From the NCBI RefSeq assembly GCF_004010195.1, contig NC_057718.1:27011631-27075630 (forward strand): DNA of 64,000 nt, written 5' to 3'. The stretch is from Chiloscyllium plagiosum (lineage: Eukaryota). Position numbers and translations under genes: made by a program. Under the pieces are notes generated by a model. It was given only the letters and a program-made list of their open reading frames with translations. It had not been told where the DNA came from and did not search any database. Position 1 is the stretch's first letter. Every line of letters starts with the position of its first letter. Below, piece by piece: positions 24,132-37,309 of this stretch.

Positions 24132-25905
24132 TGCACCGATCCAAGCCCACCTAACCTACACTAGCCCACTATCCTCCATATGCCTATCCAATGCCCGCTT
24201 AAATGCCCATAATGAGGGAGAGTCCACCACTGCTACTGCAGGGCATTCCATGAACTCACGACACGCTGAGTAAAGAACCTACCCCTAACATCTGCCCTAT
24301 ACCTACCCCCCCTTAATTTAAAGCTATGCCCCCTTGTAAGAGCTGACTCCATACGTGGAAAAAGNNNNNNNNNNNNNNNNNNNNNNNNNNNNNNNNNNNN
24401 NNNNNNNNNNNNNNNNNNNNNNNNNNNNNNNNNNNNNNNNNNNNNNNNNNNNNNNNNNNNNNNNNNNNNNNNNNNNNNNNNNNNNNNNNNNNNNNNNNNN
24501 NNNNNNNNNNNNNNNNNNNNNNNNNNNNNNNNNNNNNNNNNNNNNNNNNNNNNNNNNNNNNNNNNNNNNNNNNNNNNNNNNNNNNNNNNNNNNNNNNNNN
24601 NNNNNNNNNNNNNNNNNNNNNNNNNNNNNNNNNNNNNNNNNNNNNNNNNNNNNNNNNNNNNNNNNNNNNNNNNNNNNNNNNNNNNNNNNNNNNNNNNNNN
24701 NNNNNNNNNNNNNNNNNNNNNNNNNNNNNNNNNNNNNNNNNNNNNNNNNNNNNNNNNNNNNNNNNNNNNNNNNNNNNNNNNNNNNNNNNNNNNNNNNNNN
24801 NNNNNNNNNNNNNNNNNNNNNNNNNNNNNNNNNNNNNNNNNNNNNNNNNNNNNNNNNNNNNNNNNNNNNNNNNNNNNNNNNNNNNNNNNNNNNNNNNNNN
24901 NNNNNNNNNNNNNNNNNNNNNNNNNNNNNNNNNNNNNNNNNNNNNNNNNNNNNNNNNNNNNNNNNNNNNNNNNNNNNNNNNNNNNNNNNNNNNNNNNNNN
25001 NNNNNNNNNNNNNNNNNNNNNNNNNNNNNNNNNNNNNNNNNNNNNNNNNNNNNNNNNNNNNNNNNNNNNNNNNNNNNNNNNNNNNNNNNNNNNNNNNNNN
25101 NNNNNNNNNNNNNNNNNNNNNNNNNNNNNNNNNNNNNNNNNNNNNNNNNNNNNNNNNNNCTCCTCTCTTGCTTCCCAGAGAATCCTAGGATAAATGCCAT
25201 CAGGCGCAGGGGACTTATCTATTTTCACCCTTTCTAGAATTTCCAACACCTCTTCCCTACATACCTCAAAGCAGTCCATTCTACTTAATTGTGACTCAGT
25301 ACTCACTTTGACAACAATGTCCTGTTCCTGATTGAATACTGACGAAAAGTATTCATTCAGTGTCTCCCCAATCTCTTCAGCCTCCACACGCAACTTCCCA
25401 CTACCATCCTTGACTGGACCTATTCCTACCCTAGTCATTCTTTTATTCCTGACATACCTATAGAAAGCCTTAGGGTTTTCCCTAATCCTACCAACTAAGG
25501 ACCTTTCATGTCCCCTCCTTGCTGCTCTTAGCTCTCTCTTCAGGTCCTTCCTGGCTACCTTATAACTCTGAATCGCCCCAATTGAACCTTCACGCCTCAT
25601 CTTTACATATGCCGCCCTCTTCCGTTTAACAAGGGATTCCAATTCCTTATTAAACCACGGCTCCCTCACACGACCCTTTCCTCCCTGCCAGATGGGTACA
25701 TACTTATCAAGGACACTCAATAGTTGCTCCTTGAACAAGCTCCACATATCAATTACGCCCTTGCCTTGAAGCTTACTTTTCCAAGCCACACATCCGAAGT
25801 CATGCCTCACCGCATCATAATTTCCCTGCCCCCAGCTATAACTCTTGCCCTGTAGTGCACACTTATCCCTCTCCATCACTAGAGTAAAAGTCACCGAATT
25901 GTGGT
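24078..25905 (-). mobile_element. Young CR1 LINE (second family), ORF2 open on both sides of a gap
   Basis: Minus ORF ...ENPKAFYRYVRNKR...KIDKSPAPDGIYPRILWEARE [gap] TRGHSFKL...FFTQRVV. Tail (ttctatg)n. Confidence 0.9.
24365..25159. other. Assembly gap (others at 13439-13442, 31477-32423, 33916-34164, 48449-48613, 58510-59009)
   Basis: Runs of N, all flanked by repeat sequence. Confidence 0.99.
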
Positions 25906-26214
25906 CACCTTCTCAACTAGGGGCAGGCAATAATTACGGGCCAGCTGGCAATGCCCATTTCCCACGAGAGAATAAATGAAGGTTTATCTTTTCTTCTGTT
26001 TGCTGTGAATTTTGATATTTCACTTTCAGTGCAATTCCCTACCTTCACCCAGATCTGGGTAGATTTCACTGGGAACAAAATGTTGTGCAATGACGAAACT
26101 TTGTATCTGCCAAACAATTGTTTCTGGGTGGAGTCAGAAATCACAGCTGCTGAACACAATGAGTTTGGTTATTCAATGTAACTATATTTATTTTAAAACA
26201 ACTATTTCTTACAG

Positions 26215-26291
26215 GCTGTCTGAGACTCCAAGATCCAACGCTGAAGAGAAATCGAGCCCAGGGTACTATGGATAGACAGATGGAAAATGGT
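26215..26291 (+). CDS. TP53BP2: ASPP2-family coding exon (exon 4 equivalent)
   Basis: ttacag|GC...AATGGT|gtaagt, 77 nt, phase 1-0. Translates (G)CLRLQDPTLKRNRAQGTMDRQMENG, similar to RSQDPSLKRNGVK...RRKENG. Confidence 0.88.
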
Positions 26292-26850
26292 GTAAGTCGA
26301 ATGAATTGTTCATTTTTGTAAGGTTTAATGTTTGTTTTTTTTGGTATTATGATTCTCAATCTTTTCCAGATTTTTCTGTTTCAGCTGTGGTGCTAGAGGA
26401 TACTTGTCTATAAATTATGTATAAAAGTCAGTGCTGGTCACTTGCAGTGGTGTCCTGACATTATTAAAGTGGTAATAATGCATTATTCCCATGCTGGTGG
26501 TGAAGTGATTTTTCTAAATACACCTAGGGGAAAAAAAAATTTGCTGTTGCTATCAAAACCGATTAACTCATCAATAGATCTAATTCCAGATTAAGTACCC
26601 CTATTTAAAAGCAGTGATTATATTTGTTGTTTCTACATGAAGCTAAAATGGTGAGGTCATATAAATAGGAATAAGTTTGTTGTTGCAAATCCTGCAGTGA
26701 AGTTTAAATTTTCTTCTTGTTTCATTGGGTTTTTCGAGCATCTTCTTTGAGAAGACGGTGAAGGATCTGTGAGCTTGTGAAGTGCAGTGTTAGGATGGAT
26801 ACAAACAACAACATTAAATTTCCTCATGCACTAGATTCACATGGAAAATG

Positions 26851-27731
26851 TCAAGATTGTTGTGCTGGAAAAGCACAGCAGGTCAGGCAGCATCCGAGGA
26901 GCAGGAAAATCAATGTTTTGGGTGTAAGCCGTTCATCAGGAATGAAGCTGAGAACCACGAAGGTGGAAAGATAAATGAGAGGTCGGGTGGGACTGAAGGG
27001 AAAGCACCCACACTCTCCTCTCCCCCCCCCCCCCCCCCCCCCTCACCTCACCTCCGTCCAAGGCCCCAAAGGAGCTTTCCACATCCATCAAAGTTTCATT
27101 TGCACTTCCACGCATGTCATTTACTGAATTTATTGCTTCCGATGTGGTCTCCTCTACATTGGGGAGACAGGATGCCTACTCACAGTGTACTTCAGAGAAT
27201 ATCTCCAGGACACCCGCACCAACCAACCCCACCGCCCCAGGGCCAATCACTTCAACTCCCCTTCCCACTCCACCGAGAATGTGCAGGTCCTGGGCCTCCA
27301 CCATCCCCACTCCCTTACCACCCAATGCCTGGAGGAAGGCCACCTCATCTTCCGTCTCGGGAGCCTCCAAACCCATTGCATCAATGTGGATTTCACCAGC
27401 CTCCTCATTTTCCCCCCCTCCCCCACCGTACCCAGTTCGCACCTTCCAGTTTAGCACCATCTTCATGACCTGTCCCGACTGTCCATCTTCATTCCTACCA
27501 ATCTGCTCCACCCTCCGCTTCGACCTGTTGCACTTTCATCTACCTTTCCCCCAGCCTCAACCCCCTCTCATTTATCTCTCCACCCACGAGACTCACAGCC
27601 TCCTTCCTGATGAAGGGCTTATGCCCAAAACATCAATTTTCCTGCTCCTCAGATGTTGCCTGACCTGCTGTGCTTTTCCAGCACCACACTCTTGGCTCTA
27701 ACCTCCAGCATCTGTAATCCTCACTTTGACC
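26851..27731 (+). mobile_element. 5'-truncated Penelope-like element: inverted pLTR, GIY-YIG endonuclease remnant, 3' pLTR
   Basis: + frame FICTSTHVIY*IYCFRCGLLYIGETG...HFNSPSHS...LEEGHLIFRLGSLQ (VIY/YIG). TSD TCACAT(G/A)GAAAATG at 26837-26850 and 27732-27745. Confidence 0.9.
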
Positions 27732-28607
27732 TCACATAGAAAATGAATTAATTTTGTCAGTATTCTGCTTACTGGCATGGTTCAAAATACAAAAAAAATT
27801 CCATACTTGCTGGAAGCTGTGTGGATGTGAATGATTGAAGGGGAGCGTTTGATAATCTAAAGTTTAAGTAGTAGATATTACGCCAGCATAATTTTCATGT
27901 TTAAATGTTAGTTTTATAAGCTTTGTTCCTTACAAAAACAAATTCAGTCCTGTGTGAGTATGTCCGTAAAAATTGAAGGCTGGAACATAGTATACATGTT
28001 AGTCCACATTGGTACCACCATGGTGAGTATTTATTGTCCTTCAGCCCATGCGACCTCTTCTATTTCCCCAGTAAAATATTTTGTACCTGTGCATCTCTCT
28101 AGTCAGTGCAGAAATATAATTTTCTCCTTTGCCCTTTTCACGTCATTGTCTTTGTCTGATCTATTTCAGCTATCTCCCTTCCTCATTTTCTCCCTTACTC
28201 ACCTTCTCCCTGCCCTCACCTCCATTGAATTAAACTGGTATTTGTATTCCAATCAGCATCTGAAAATTACCTTTTTTATAGATTCTATTTGATGAAGTAT
28301 GGAACTGAAAGCCGATTAATTCTTAGTGGTGCCATGAATTTCAGAGACCATTTGCAAATATAGTTTGGATGAAAATTTCCCCTTCTTTTTGGAATGCATG
28401 CATAATTTATTGAAGAATGCAGCAACTTAAACTTCTTTTTGCAAAGTTACATGTGCACGTTTGTACATGGCCTTCAGGTTGCTGCATGGTCATGGCGTTG
28501 CATGGAATCTTCATGTTTTATTCGATGACAATGTTAATTATGTTGATGTTCTTTGACTGGATTTGCTCGATTCTAATGTTACCCCATTCATTGTTATTGG
28601 CTTCATA

Positions 28608-28905
28608 GGGAAGGCAATGGCTTAGTGGTATTATCACTAGACTATTAATCCAGAGCCTCAGGTTTAAATCCCACTGTGGCAGATGGTGGGATTTGAATTC
28701 AATTAAAAAACAAAATCTGCAATTAAGTATCTAATGACCAAATGTCCATGGTTGATTGTTGAAAAAACCCACCGAGTTCACTAATGTCCTTCAGACCCAC
28801 AGCAATGGGACCCGCAGACTCTGAACTGCCCTCTGGATAGTTAGGAATGGACAATAAATGCTGGCCAAGCCAGCAATGCCCTCATCCCATAAATGAATTA
28901 AAAAT
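28608..28905 (+). mobile_element. tRNA-derived SINE with LINE-like 3' tail
   Basis: A box tggcttagtgg and B box ggtttaaatccc. Tail gacaataaatgctggcc..gccagcaatgccctcatcccat..gaatt, also seen near 25905-25975 and 54495-54570. Confidence 0.75.
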
Positions 28906-28909
28906 AAAT

Positions 28910-29109
28910 AAAGTTAAAAATGGCACAGCAACAGGTTATAGTCCAAAAGGTTTATTTGGACGCACCAGCTTTCGGGGCTCCAGTTGTCACCTGATGAAGG
29001 AGGAGCACTCCAAAAGCTAGTGCTTCCAAATAAACCTTTTGGACGAGAACCTGGTGTTGTGTGATTTTTAATTTGGTACACCCCAGTCCAACACCGGCAC
29101 CTCCAAATC
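28910..29109. mobile_element. PLE-derived fold-back element (family C) with hammerhead motif
   Basis: Arms caggttatagtccaaaaggtttatttgga and tccaaataaaccttttggac...cctg. Core cacCTGATGAaGGAGgagcaCTCCaAAAGCTAgtg at 28988-29022. Possible TSD AAAAATAAAT. Confidence 0.75.
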
Positions 29110-30529
29110 AAAAATAAATGAATTATTGTGAAATAACCAAAATATTCCAAGTCACTGAGTTATCAAAGTCTTTGTGTATGCTTGAAGATGTACAGAGAAG
29201 ATGTCTCTCTGGGAGAGACCTGACATGCTGACATCAATGGGAATTGCTTGACAAGTTTCCGCTTCGGATGGCTGTTTCGCCTGGGTCCTGGACCCCTTTG
29301 TAGGTACCTGTGACTCTGAGTCAAAGTCAAAATTTGGATAACACAGTATTGCTTGGGTGGTTACATGTTTAAAGCTAACATCAGGATAACATGTTATTGG
29401 TCATTCCATTCAATCCTGGAACCCAGTAACCTGCCCAACCAAATTTGAGAACACCATTGAGTTGACTCAAGTCAACTCAACTGCCCAGTGACTCACCTAT
29501 ATCTCGTCTACCTCATCCACTTGCATTCCTGACCTTTCAGGCTCACCCCGTCCTCCTGCAAACCGCATGCACATACACACCCACACGCCAATACTCTTGT
29601 TGAGTCAAGGAAATTTATTAATGTAATAGCAGTTCATTATTTTTGCTAAAGTTCAGAAGATTCAGGCAACTGAGTTGCCACTTTTTTTGTCACATTTTAC
29701 CAGGAAGGTTACCAAGGTTGACATGATGGAGGAATGATCATTAAAAAGGAAGAACACAAACCTGTATTGGTTGTTGAGTGAGATGTTTATCAAAGAAATA
29801 TTCATCATGCAAATGTATCCACGTCATGCAATCATATAAATTGAATTTGCATTTAAAGAGCTTATGAGTGGGATGAGAGGCCTTTTGCATTGTCAGTTGC
29901 AAGATTAACATTCAGAATTAGTTGTGCTGACATTAGACAAGGATCAGGTAAAGACAGTCAGAATAGTTAAATAAATAAGCTTTTGGTTGCCAGTTTAGGA
30001 TTACAAAATAACAAATGCATGTTTGCATTAGACAAATGGTACTGTGACAAAAGTTTTAAAAAAGCATTTGAGACAGTGCTTTCTGGTAGTGACTTAAATT
30101 AATGAATTTGATGTTAGTATCAGTAACTGGTATATCTACTTCAATCTTGATGTCTGTAAACTTTTGATTTGAGTGTAATTATTTTTCCCCTGCTTGACAG
30201 ATAACTCTGTTGCTTTTAAGCCCCTTGCAAATGTAAGTACCATTCCATCTATTTTGATGCCTGAATTATTGATGGTGAACAGAGGTAGTCTACAAAAGTG
30301 AACCCTATGTGGGCACCACAACCTTTCTCAAGTCACTCCGAAAACATAATTTTAACACTTGCTCAGTTTTCTGAATTCTAACAAAATTTTAATCCAACTT
30401 TTCTCCCATATTTTCAAACCATAACATTTTTGAATGTGGTTTCATGTTAGAAACTTGCCCAAGATCGATACACACCGCATCTCCAATATTTTGTCCTTCT
30501 ACTATGCCTCGTTACGTTCAAAGAATTAG

Positions 30530-31035
30530 ACAATAAGACCACGAGACATAGGAACAGAAATTGGGCCATTCAGCCCATTGAATCTGCTCTGCCATTCAAT
30601 CATGGCTGATAAGTTTCTCAACAACATTCCCCTACTTTCTTCTTGTAACCCTTGATCCCCTTGACAATCAAGAATCTATCTATCTCCTCCTTAAATGTAA
30701 TCAATGACCTGGCCTCCACAGCCTTCTGTGGCAGTGATTACCAATAATTCATCACTCTGACTGACTGAAAAGTTTCTCCTATCTCCTTTCTAAAAGGTCT
30801 TCGGGTCCTAATCTCTTCTACCAATGAAAACATCTTCCCAACATGCACTGTGTCCAGGTCATTCCGTATTGTGTAATTTTCAATTAGATCCCCCTTCTAA
30901 ACTCCCATCATGTATCCTCAGACGTTCCTCATATGTTAAGCTTGTCATTCCTGAGACTATTCTCGTGCACCTCCTCTGAGCCCGCTCCAGGGCCAGTACC
31001 TCCTTCCTGAGCTATGGAGCCCAAAACTGCACAAT
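30530..31035 (-). mobile_element. CR1-group LINE 3' fragment
   Basis: Tail taagaccacgagacataggaacagaaattgggccattcagccc at the left end. Minus frame FWAP*LRKEVLALER.QRRCTR. Confidence 0.75.
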
Positions 31036-31059
31036 CTGTTCCACACCATTCTGGAGTTT

Positions 31060-31476
31060 GGTCTGCACATATGTCTGTTGAAATCAGTGCAAGTTACTCA
31101 AAGTTTGTGAGAAGATTTGTAGCTTGGGTGCTCTTTGCTGTGGTTCTGTTCGCCGAGCTGGAAGTTTTTGTTGCAAACGTTTCGTCCCCTGTCTAGGTGA
31201 CGTCCCCAGTGCTTGGGAGCCTCCTGTGAAGCGCTTCTGTGGTGTTTCCTCTGGCATTTATAGTGGCCTGTCCCTGCCGCTTCCGGTTGTCAGTTTCAGC
31301 TGTCCGCTGTAGTGGCCGGTATATTAGGTCCAGGTCTATGTGTTTGTTGATGGAGTTTGTGGATGAGTGCCAAGCTTCCAGGAATTGCCTGGCTGTTCTT
31401 TGTTTCACTTGCCCTATAATGGTAGTGTTGTCCCAGCCAAATTCATGTTGCTTGTCGTCTGCGTATGTGGCTACTA
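31060..31476 (-). mobile_element. Penelope-like element (family B): GIY-YIG C-terminus and pLTR
   Basis: Minus frame HEFGWDNTTIIGQVKQRTARQFLEAWHSSTNSINKH is a typical PLE endonuclease C-terminus. It is followed by a hammerhead-like motif at 31173-31212. Confidence 0.82.
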
Positions 31477-32423
31477 NNNNNNNNNNNNNNNNNNNNNNNN
31501 NNNNNNNNNNNNNNNNNNNNNNNNNNNNNNNNNNNNNNNNNNNNNNNNNNNNNNNNNNNNNNNNNNNNNNNNNNNNNNNNNNNNNNNNNNNNNNNNNNNN
31601 NNNNNNNNNNNNNNNNNNNNNNNNNNNNNNNNNNNNNNNNNNNNNNNNNNNNNNNNNNNNNNNNNNNNNNNNNNNNNNNNNNNNNNNNNNNNNNNNNNNN
31701 NNNNNNNNNNNNNNNNNNNNNNNNNNNNNNNNNNNNNNNNNNNNNNNNNNNNNNNNNNNNNNNNNNNNNNNNNNNNNNNNNNNNNNNNNNNNNNNNNNNN
31801 NNNNNNNNNNNNNNNNNNNNNNNNNNNNNNNNNNNNNNNNNNNNNNNNNNNNNNNNNNNNNNNNNNNNNNNNNNNNNNNNNNNNNNNNNNNNNNNNNNNN
31901 NNNNNNNNNNNNNNNNNNNNNNNNNNNNNNNNNNNNNNNNNNNNNNNNNNNNNNNNNNNNNNNNNNNNNNNNNNNNNNNNNNNNNNNNNNNNNNNNNNNN
32001 NNNNNNNNNNNNNNNNNNNNNNNNNNNNNNNNNNNNNNNNNNNNNNNNNNNNNNNNNNNNNNNNNNNNNNNNNNNNNNNNNNNNNNNNNNNNNNNNNNNN
32101 NNNNNNNNNNNNNNNNNNNNNNNNNNNNNNNNNNNNNNNNNNNNNNNNNNNNNNNNNNNNNNNNNNNNNNNNNNNNNNNNNNNNNNNNNNNNNNNNNNNN
32201 NNNNNNNNNNNNNNNNNNNNNNNNNNNNNNNNNNNNNNNNNNNNNNNNNNNNNNNNNNNNNNNNNNNNNNNNNNNNNNNNNNNNNNNNNNNNNNNNNNNN
32301 NNNNNNNNNNNNNNNNNNNNNNNNNNNNNNNNNNNNNNNNNNNNNNNNNNNNNNNNNNNNNNNNNNNNNNNNNNNNNNNNNNNNNNNNNNNNNNNNNNNN
32401 NNNNNNNNNNNNNNNNNNNNNNN

Positions 32424-35355
32424 TTACCATTAAGTGTATAAGTCCTGCTAAGATTTGCTTTCCCAAAATGCAGCACCTTGCATTTATCTGAATTAAATTC
32501 CATCCGCCACTTCTCAGCCCATTGATCCATCTGGTCCAGATCCTGTTGTAATCTGAGGTAGCCCTCTTCGCTGTCCACTACACCCCTAATTTTGGTGTCA
32601 TCTGCAAACTTACTAACTGTACCTCTTATGCTCGCATCCAAATCATTTATGTAAATGACAAAAAGTAGAGGATCCAGCACCGATCCTTGTGGCACTCCAC
32701 TGGTCACAGGCCTCCAGTCTGAAAAACAACCCTACACCACCACCCTCTGTATTCTACCTTAGAGCCAGTTCTGTATCCAAATGGCTATTTCTCCTTGTAT
32801 TCCATGAGATTGAACCTTGCTAATCAGTCTCCCATGGGGAACCTTGTTGAATGCCTAGTGAAGTCCATATAGATCACATCTACTGCTCTGCCCTCATCAA
32901 TCTTCTTTAATACTTCTTCAAAAACCTCAATCAAGTTTGTGAGACATGATTTCCCACGCACAAATCCATATTGACTACCCCGAATCAGTCCTTGCCTTTC
33001 CAAATACATGTACATCCTGTCCCTCAGGATTACCTCCAATAACTTGCCCACCACTGAGGTCAGGCTCACCAGTCTATAGTTCCCTGGCTTGCCTTTACCG
33101 CCCTTCTTAAACAGTGACACCACGTTTGCCAACCTCCAGTCTTCCGGCAACTCACCTGTAACTATCTGTGATGGAATTATCTCAGCAAGAGGCCCAGCAA
33201 TCACTTCTCTAGCTTCCCACAGAGTTCTTGGGTACACCTGATCAGGTCCTGGGGATTTATCCACCTTTAACCGTTTCGACACATCCAGCACTTCCTCCTC
33301 TGTAATATGGACATTTTGCACGATGTCACCGTCTATTTCCCTACAGTCTATATCTTCCATATTCTTTTCCACAGTAAATACTGATGCAAAATATTCATTT
33401 CGTATCTCTCCCATTTTCTGTGGCTCCACACAAAGTCCGCCATGCTGATCTTTGAGGGGCCCTATTCTCTCCCCAGTTACCCTTTTGTCCTTAATATATT
33501 TGTAAAAAACCCTTTGGATTCTCCTTAATTCTATTTGCCAAAGCTATCTCATGTCCCCTTTTTACCCTCCTGATTTCCCTCTTAAGTATACTCCTACTTC
33601 CTTTATACTCTTCTAAGCATTCACTCAATCTATCCTGTCTATGCCTGACATATTCTTCCTTTTTCTTAACCAAACCCTCAATTTCTTTCGTCATCCAGCA
33701 TTCCCTATACCTACCAGCCTTCCCTTTCACCTTGACAGGAATATACTTTCTCTGGATTCTTGTTATCTCATTTCTGAAGGCTTCCCACTTTCCAGCCGTC
33801 CCTTTACCTGTGAACATCTGCCTCCAATCAGCTTTCGAAAGTTCTTGCCTAATACCGTCAAAATTGGCCTTTCTCCAATTTAGAACTTCAACTTTTAGAT
33901 CTGGTCTATCCTTTTNNNNNNNNNNNNNNNNNNNNNNNNNNNNNNNNNNNNNNNNNNNNNNNNNNNNNNNNNNNNNNNNNNNNNNNNNNNNNNNNNNNNN
34001 NNNNNNNNNNNNNNNNNNNNNNNNNNNNNNNNNNNNNNNNNNNNNNNNNNNNNNNNNNNNNNNNNNNNNNNNNNNNNNNNNNNNNNNNNNNNNNNNNNNN
34101 NNNNNNNNNNNNNNNNNNNNNNNNNNNNNNNNNNNNNNNNNNNNNNNNNNNNNNNNNNNNNNNNCTCAGTCACCTGCCCTGCCTTATTTCCCAAGAGTAG
34201 GTCAAGTTTTGCACCTTCTCTCGTAGGTACATCCACATACTGAATCAGAAAATTGTCTTGTACACACTTAACAAATTCCTCTCCATCTAAACCTTTAACA
34301 CTATGGCAGTCCCAGTCGATGTTTGGAAAGTTAAAATTCCCTACCGTAACTACCCTATTATTCTTACAGACAGCTGAGATCTCCTTACAAGTTTGTTTCT
34401 CGATTTCCCTCTGACTATTGTGGGGTCTACAATACAATCCCAATAAGGTGATCATCCCTTTCTTATTTCTCAGTTCCACCCAAATAACTTCCCTGGATAT
34501 ATTTCTGGGAATATCCTCCCTCCCCAAGGCTGTAATGCTATCCTTTATCAAAATTGCCACTCCCCTTCCTCTCTTGCCTCCCTTTCTATCCTTCCTGTAG
34601 CATTTGTATCCTGGAACATTAAGCTGCCAGTCCTGCCCTTCCCTGAGCCATGTTTCTGTAATTGCGATGATATCCCAGTCCCACGTTCCTAACCATGCCC
34701 TGAGTTCATCTGCCTTCCCAGTTAGGCCCCTTGCATTGAAATAAATGCAGTTTAATTATTAGTCCTACCTTGTCCCTGCCTGCCCTGATTGTTTGATTCA
34801 CTTCTGTTCTCCACTGTCCCAGTCTCAGATTGATCTCTTTCCTCACTTTCTCCCTGGGCCCCCCCTTACTCATTTAAATCCTCCCAAGCAGTTCTAGCAA
34901 ATTTCCCTTCCAATTGAAGTGCAATCTGTCCTTCTTGTACAGGTCACTTCTACTCCAAAAGAGATTCCAGTGATCCAAAAATGTGAATCCTTCTCCCATA
35001 CATCAGCTCCTCATCTGCTCTATCCTCCTATTCCTGCCCTAACTAGCTCGTAGCACTGGGAGAAATCCAGATATTACTACCCTTGAGGACCTCCTTTTTA
35101 AACTTCTGCCTAACTCTCTGTAATCTCCCTTCAGTATCTCAGCCTTTTCCCTTCCTATATCGTTGGTTCCAGTGTGGACAATGACCTCTTGCTAGCCCCT
35201 CTCCCCCATGAGAACACTCTGCACCCTCACTGAGACATCCTTGATCCTGGCACTAGGGAAACAATACACCATTCTGCTTTTTCTCTGCTGGCCACAGAAA
35301 CGTCTGTCTGTACCTCAGACTACAGACTCCCCTAACACAATTGATCTCTTGGAGC
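32424..35355 (-). mobile_element. Long CR1 LINE: ORF1 SGNH esterase part, APE endonuclease, RT
   Basis: Minus frames RMVYCFPSARIKDV...VHTGTND (esterase), CIYFNARGL...IIAITETWL (APE), GNFNFPNIDW and KFADDTK (RT). Confidence 0.92.
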
Positions 35356-35984
35356 TGCCATATTTTGGTCACTGTCTTTAAATTGACAATTTTGGGTTTG
35401 ACTTCACTTTTAATAGATCTGTTTTGAAGTATTACTGAAGCAAAAAAGATGTCGAAGCATTTTATGTTGCACTAATCAGGATAGACCAAAAAAAATCCCA
35501 AATTTTAGAGGACAACAAGTTAGACCGCATGAGAAGAAGTGCTCATAGTTTGCTAAATGGACATTGGTTGAGATGTTCCCATGTGGAATGCAGTAGAGTC
35601 TAATTGTCCTCATGTCTTTGTTTATTTGGAAACTAAAAAAAATGCAGTGCTTGGGCATCTTTTTGTTTGAAGAGGACAAGCTCTTGTGTATTAATACATG
35701 CAGCTTAAAGCTAGCATGTGAACAAAATTGCAGGCACATCGGATGATCTTAAATTGGTTGTTCTTGAAAATCTGCACTTTTATAATTTCAAACACCCTTA
35801 CTTTTTGTAGCTTATTTATTTTCAGACCTCACTTGTCTTCTCTTATCCCATTCTTAAATTGTTTATTTTTGTCATAATGTTTGCATTATTATTCTTGTTC
35901 TCTCGCAAAAATTTATTTGGTTTCTTGGCTTATCCATGTTTATTTACAAAAGTCTGAAGTGTCTAAACTGAAATATATAAGTTC

Positions 35985-36325
35985 CTGAAGGCACTTGACC
36001 TGGTGGATGTGGGAAGAGTGTTTCCTCTTGTGGGAGAACCGAGAACCAGGTTCATTGTTTTTAAAAATAAAGTGATATCCATTTAAGACGAAATGAGTAA
36101 AATGGTTTTCTCTGAAAATTATTAAGAATTCCCATCCTGAGAAGGCTTTGGATGCAGAGTCTTGAGATATTTTAAGGCAGAGACAAAATAATCCTTGTTC
36201 ATCAAGGGAATGAAAAACTATCAGGCAGGAATATCAAGATGAGGTTAAAATCAGATCAGCTATGATCTTATTTATTAGTGGAGCAGGCTGCAAGGGCTGA
36301 ATGACCTACCTTTTTTCCTTGTTCA
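35985..36325 (+). mobile_element. Old CR1-group 3' fragment
   Basis: tttcctcttgtgggaga..agaaccagg...gatcagctatgatctt...ggagcaggctgcaagggctgaatgacctac. Confidence 0.65.
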
Positions 36326-37309
36326 CAGATTTATCTGTTTGTTATCCATGATACTCCAATCCAGTAAATTGTTTGTCTCACCACTTTACCTCAGCCAGCT
36401 GATTCCTTGCCTTCGTAAAGTATGCCTGACCCCAGTCTGTTAATATGGTTTTGAAATGAATTTATTTTAAAATGGAATCTTGAGCCTTTACTTGTATTGT
36501 GATCAGCACACCCTTGGTTCCACCCACAAGTAACTAATTTACCCAATTACTCCAAGCCACATCTAGCAACACTGATCCATATAGACCTATCAGCACTCAC
36601 CCATATAGACCTATTACAATGATGCTTTAGAAAAGTATTTGTTGGAACTAAGTTCATGTTCTTTTATGCAATGTAATACATGCATTTTAACTTTCTTAAA
36701 CACTGCTCCATTGTCTTAGGGTTTTGCTCATCCATCATTTCACTCATATATCTTCTGTTCACCGAATATCTTTACTTGCTTGTTGCCTGTGACTTTTCCA
36801 TTTTTAATCTCCTTCAGAAATTCAGTGAAATAATGTGACCATTAGCCTAAATATTGCAGCAAAGTCAGGCTGCCGACTTCAAAGGAAGTTTCGGTTGAAA
36901 AGATGTCAACATCCAAACAAAAAATGTAGCAGCTGGAGTAGACCATTTGGCCCTTTGAGCCTGCTCCAGCTCCGCCATTCAGTATGATCATGGCTAAACA
37001 TTTAACTCTGTGCCCTGTTCTTTCTTTCTTGTCATATCTTTTGATGTCTTTCGGTCTGAGAAATGTATCTTACTCCTCCTTGAGTTTGAATAATTATTTT
37101 GATGGCAACTTGTCTTTTCCTTGTGCCTTGTACAATTGCTTACAGTGTTCTTTAATTGGAATCATGGGCCCGCAGTGATGTAGTCATGCTGACCAAGCAG
37201 CCAGTCACATTAAAGAACCAAACAAGAAATGAAATAAAACCAATTGCTTTTAAAAGATTTTCTCGAGTGAATTAAAAATTGCATTAGACATAGGAGTGGA
37301 AGTAAGACC

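Noticed and set aside
24233..25894. 553-aa ORF and the other long X-containing ORFs
   Set aside because: Their lengths are inflated by assembly gaps. The real parts are CR1 ORF2.
31193..32707. 504-aa ORF apparently fusing a CR1 RT to a GIY-YIG endonuclease C-terminus (a novel chimeric retroelement)
   Set aside because: The two halves are separated by a 947-N gap read through as X. They are most simply two adjacent elements (CR1 and PLE).
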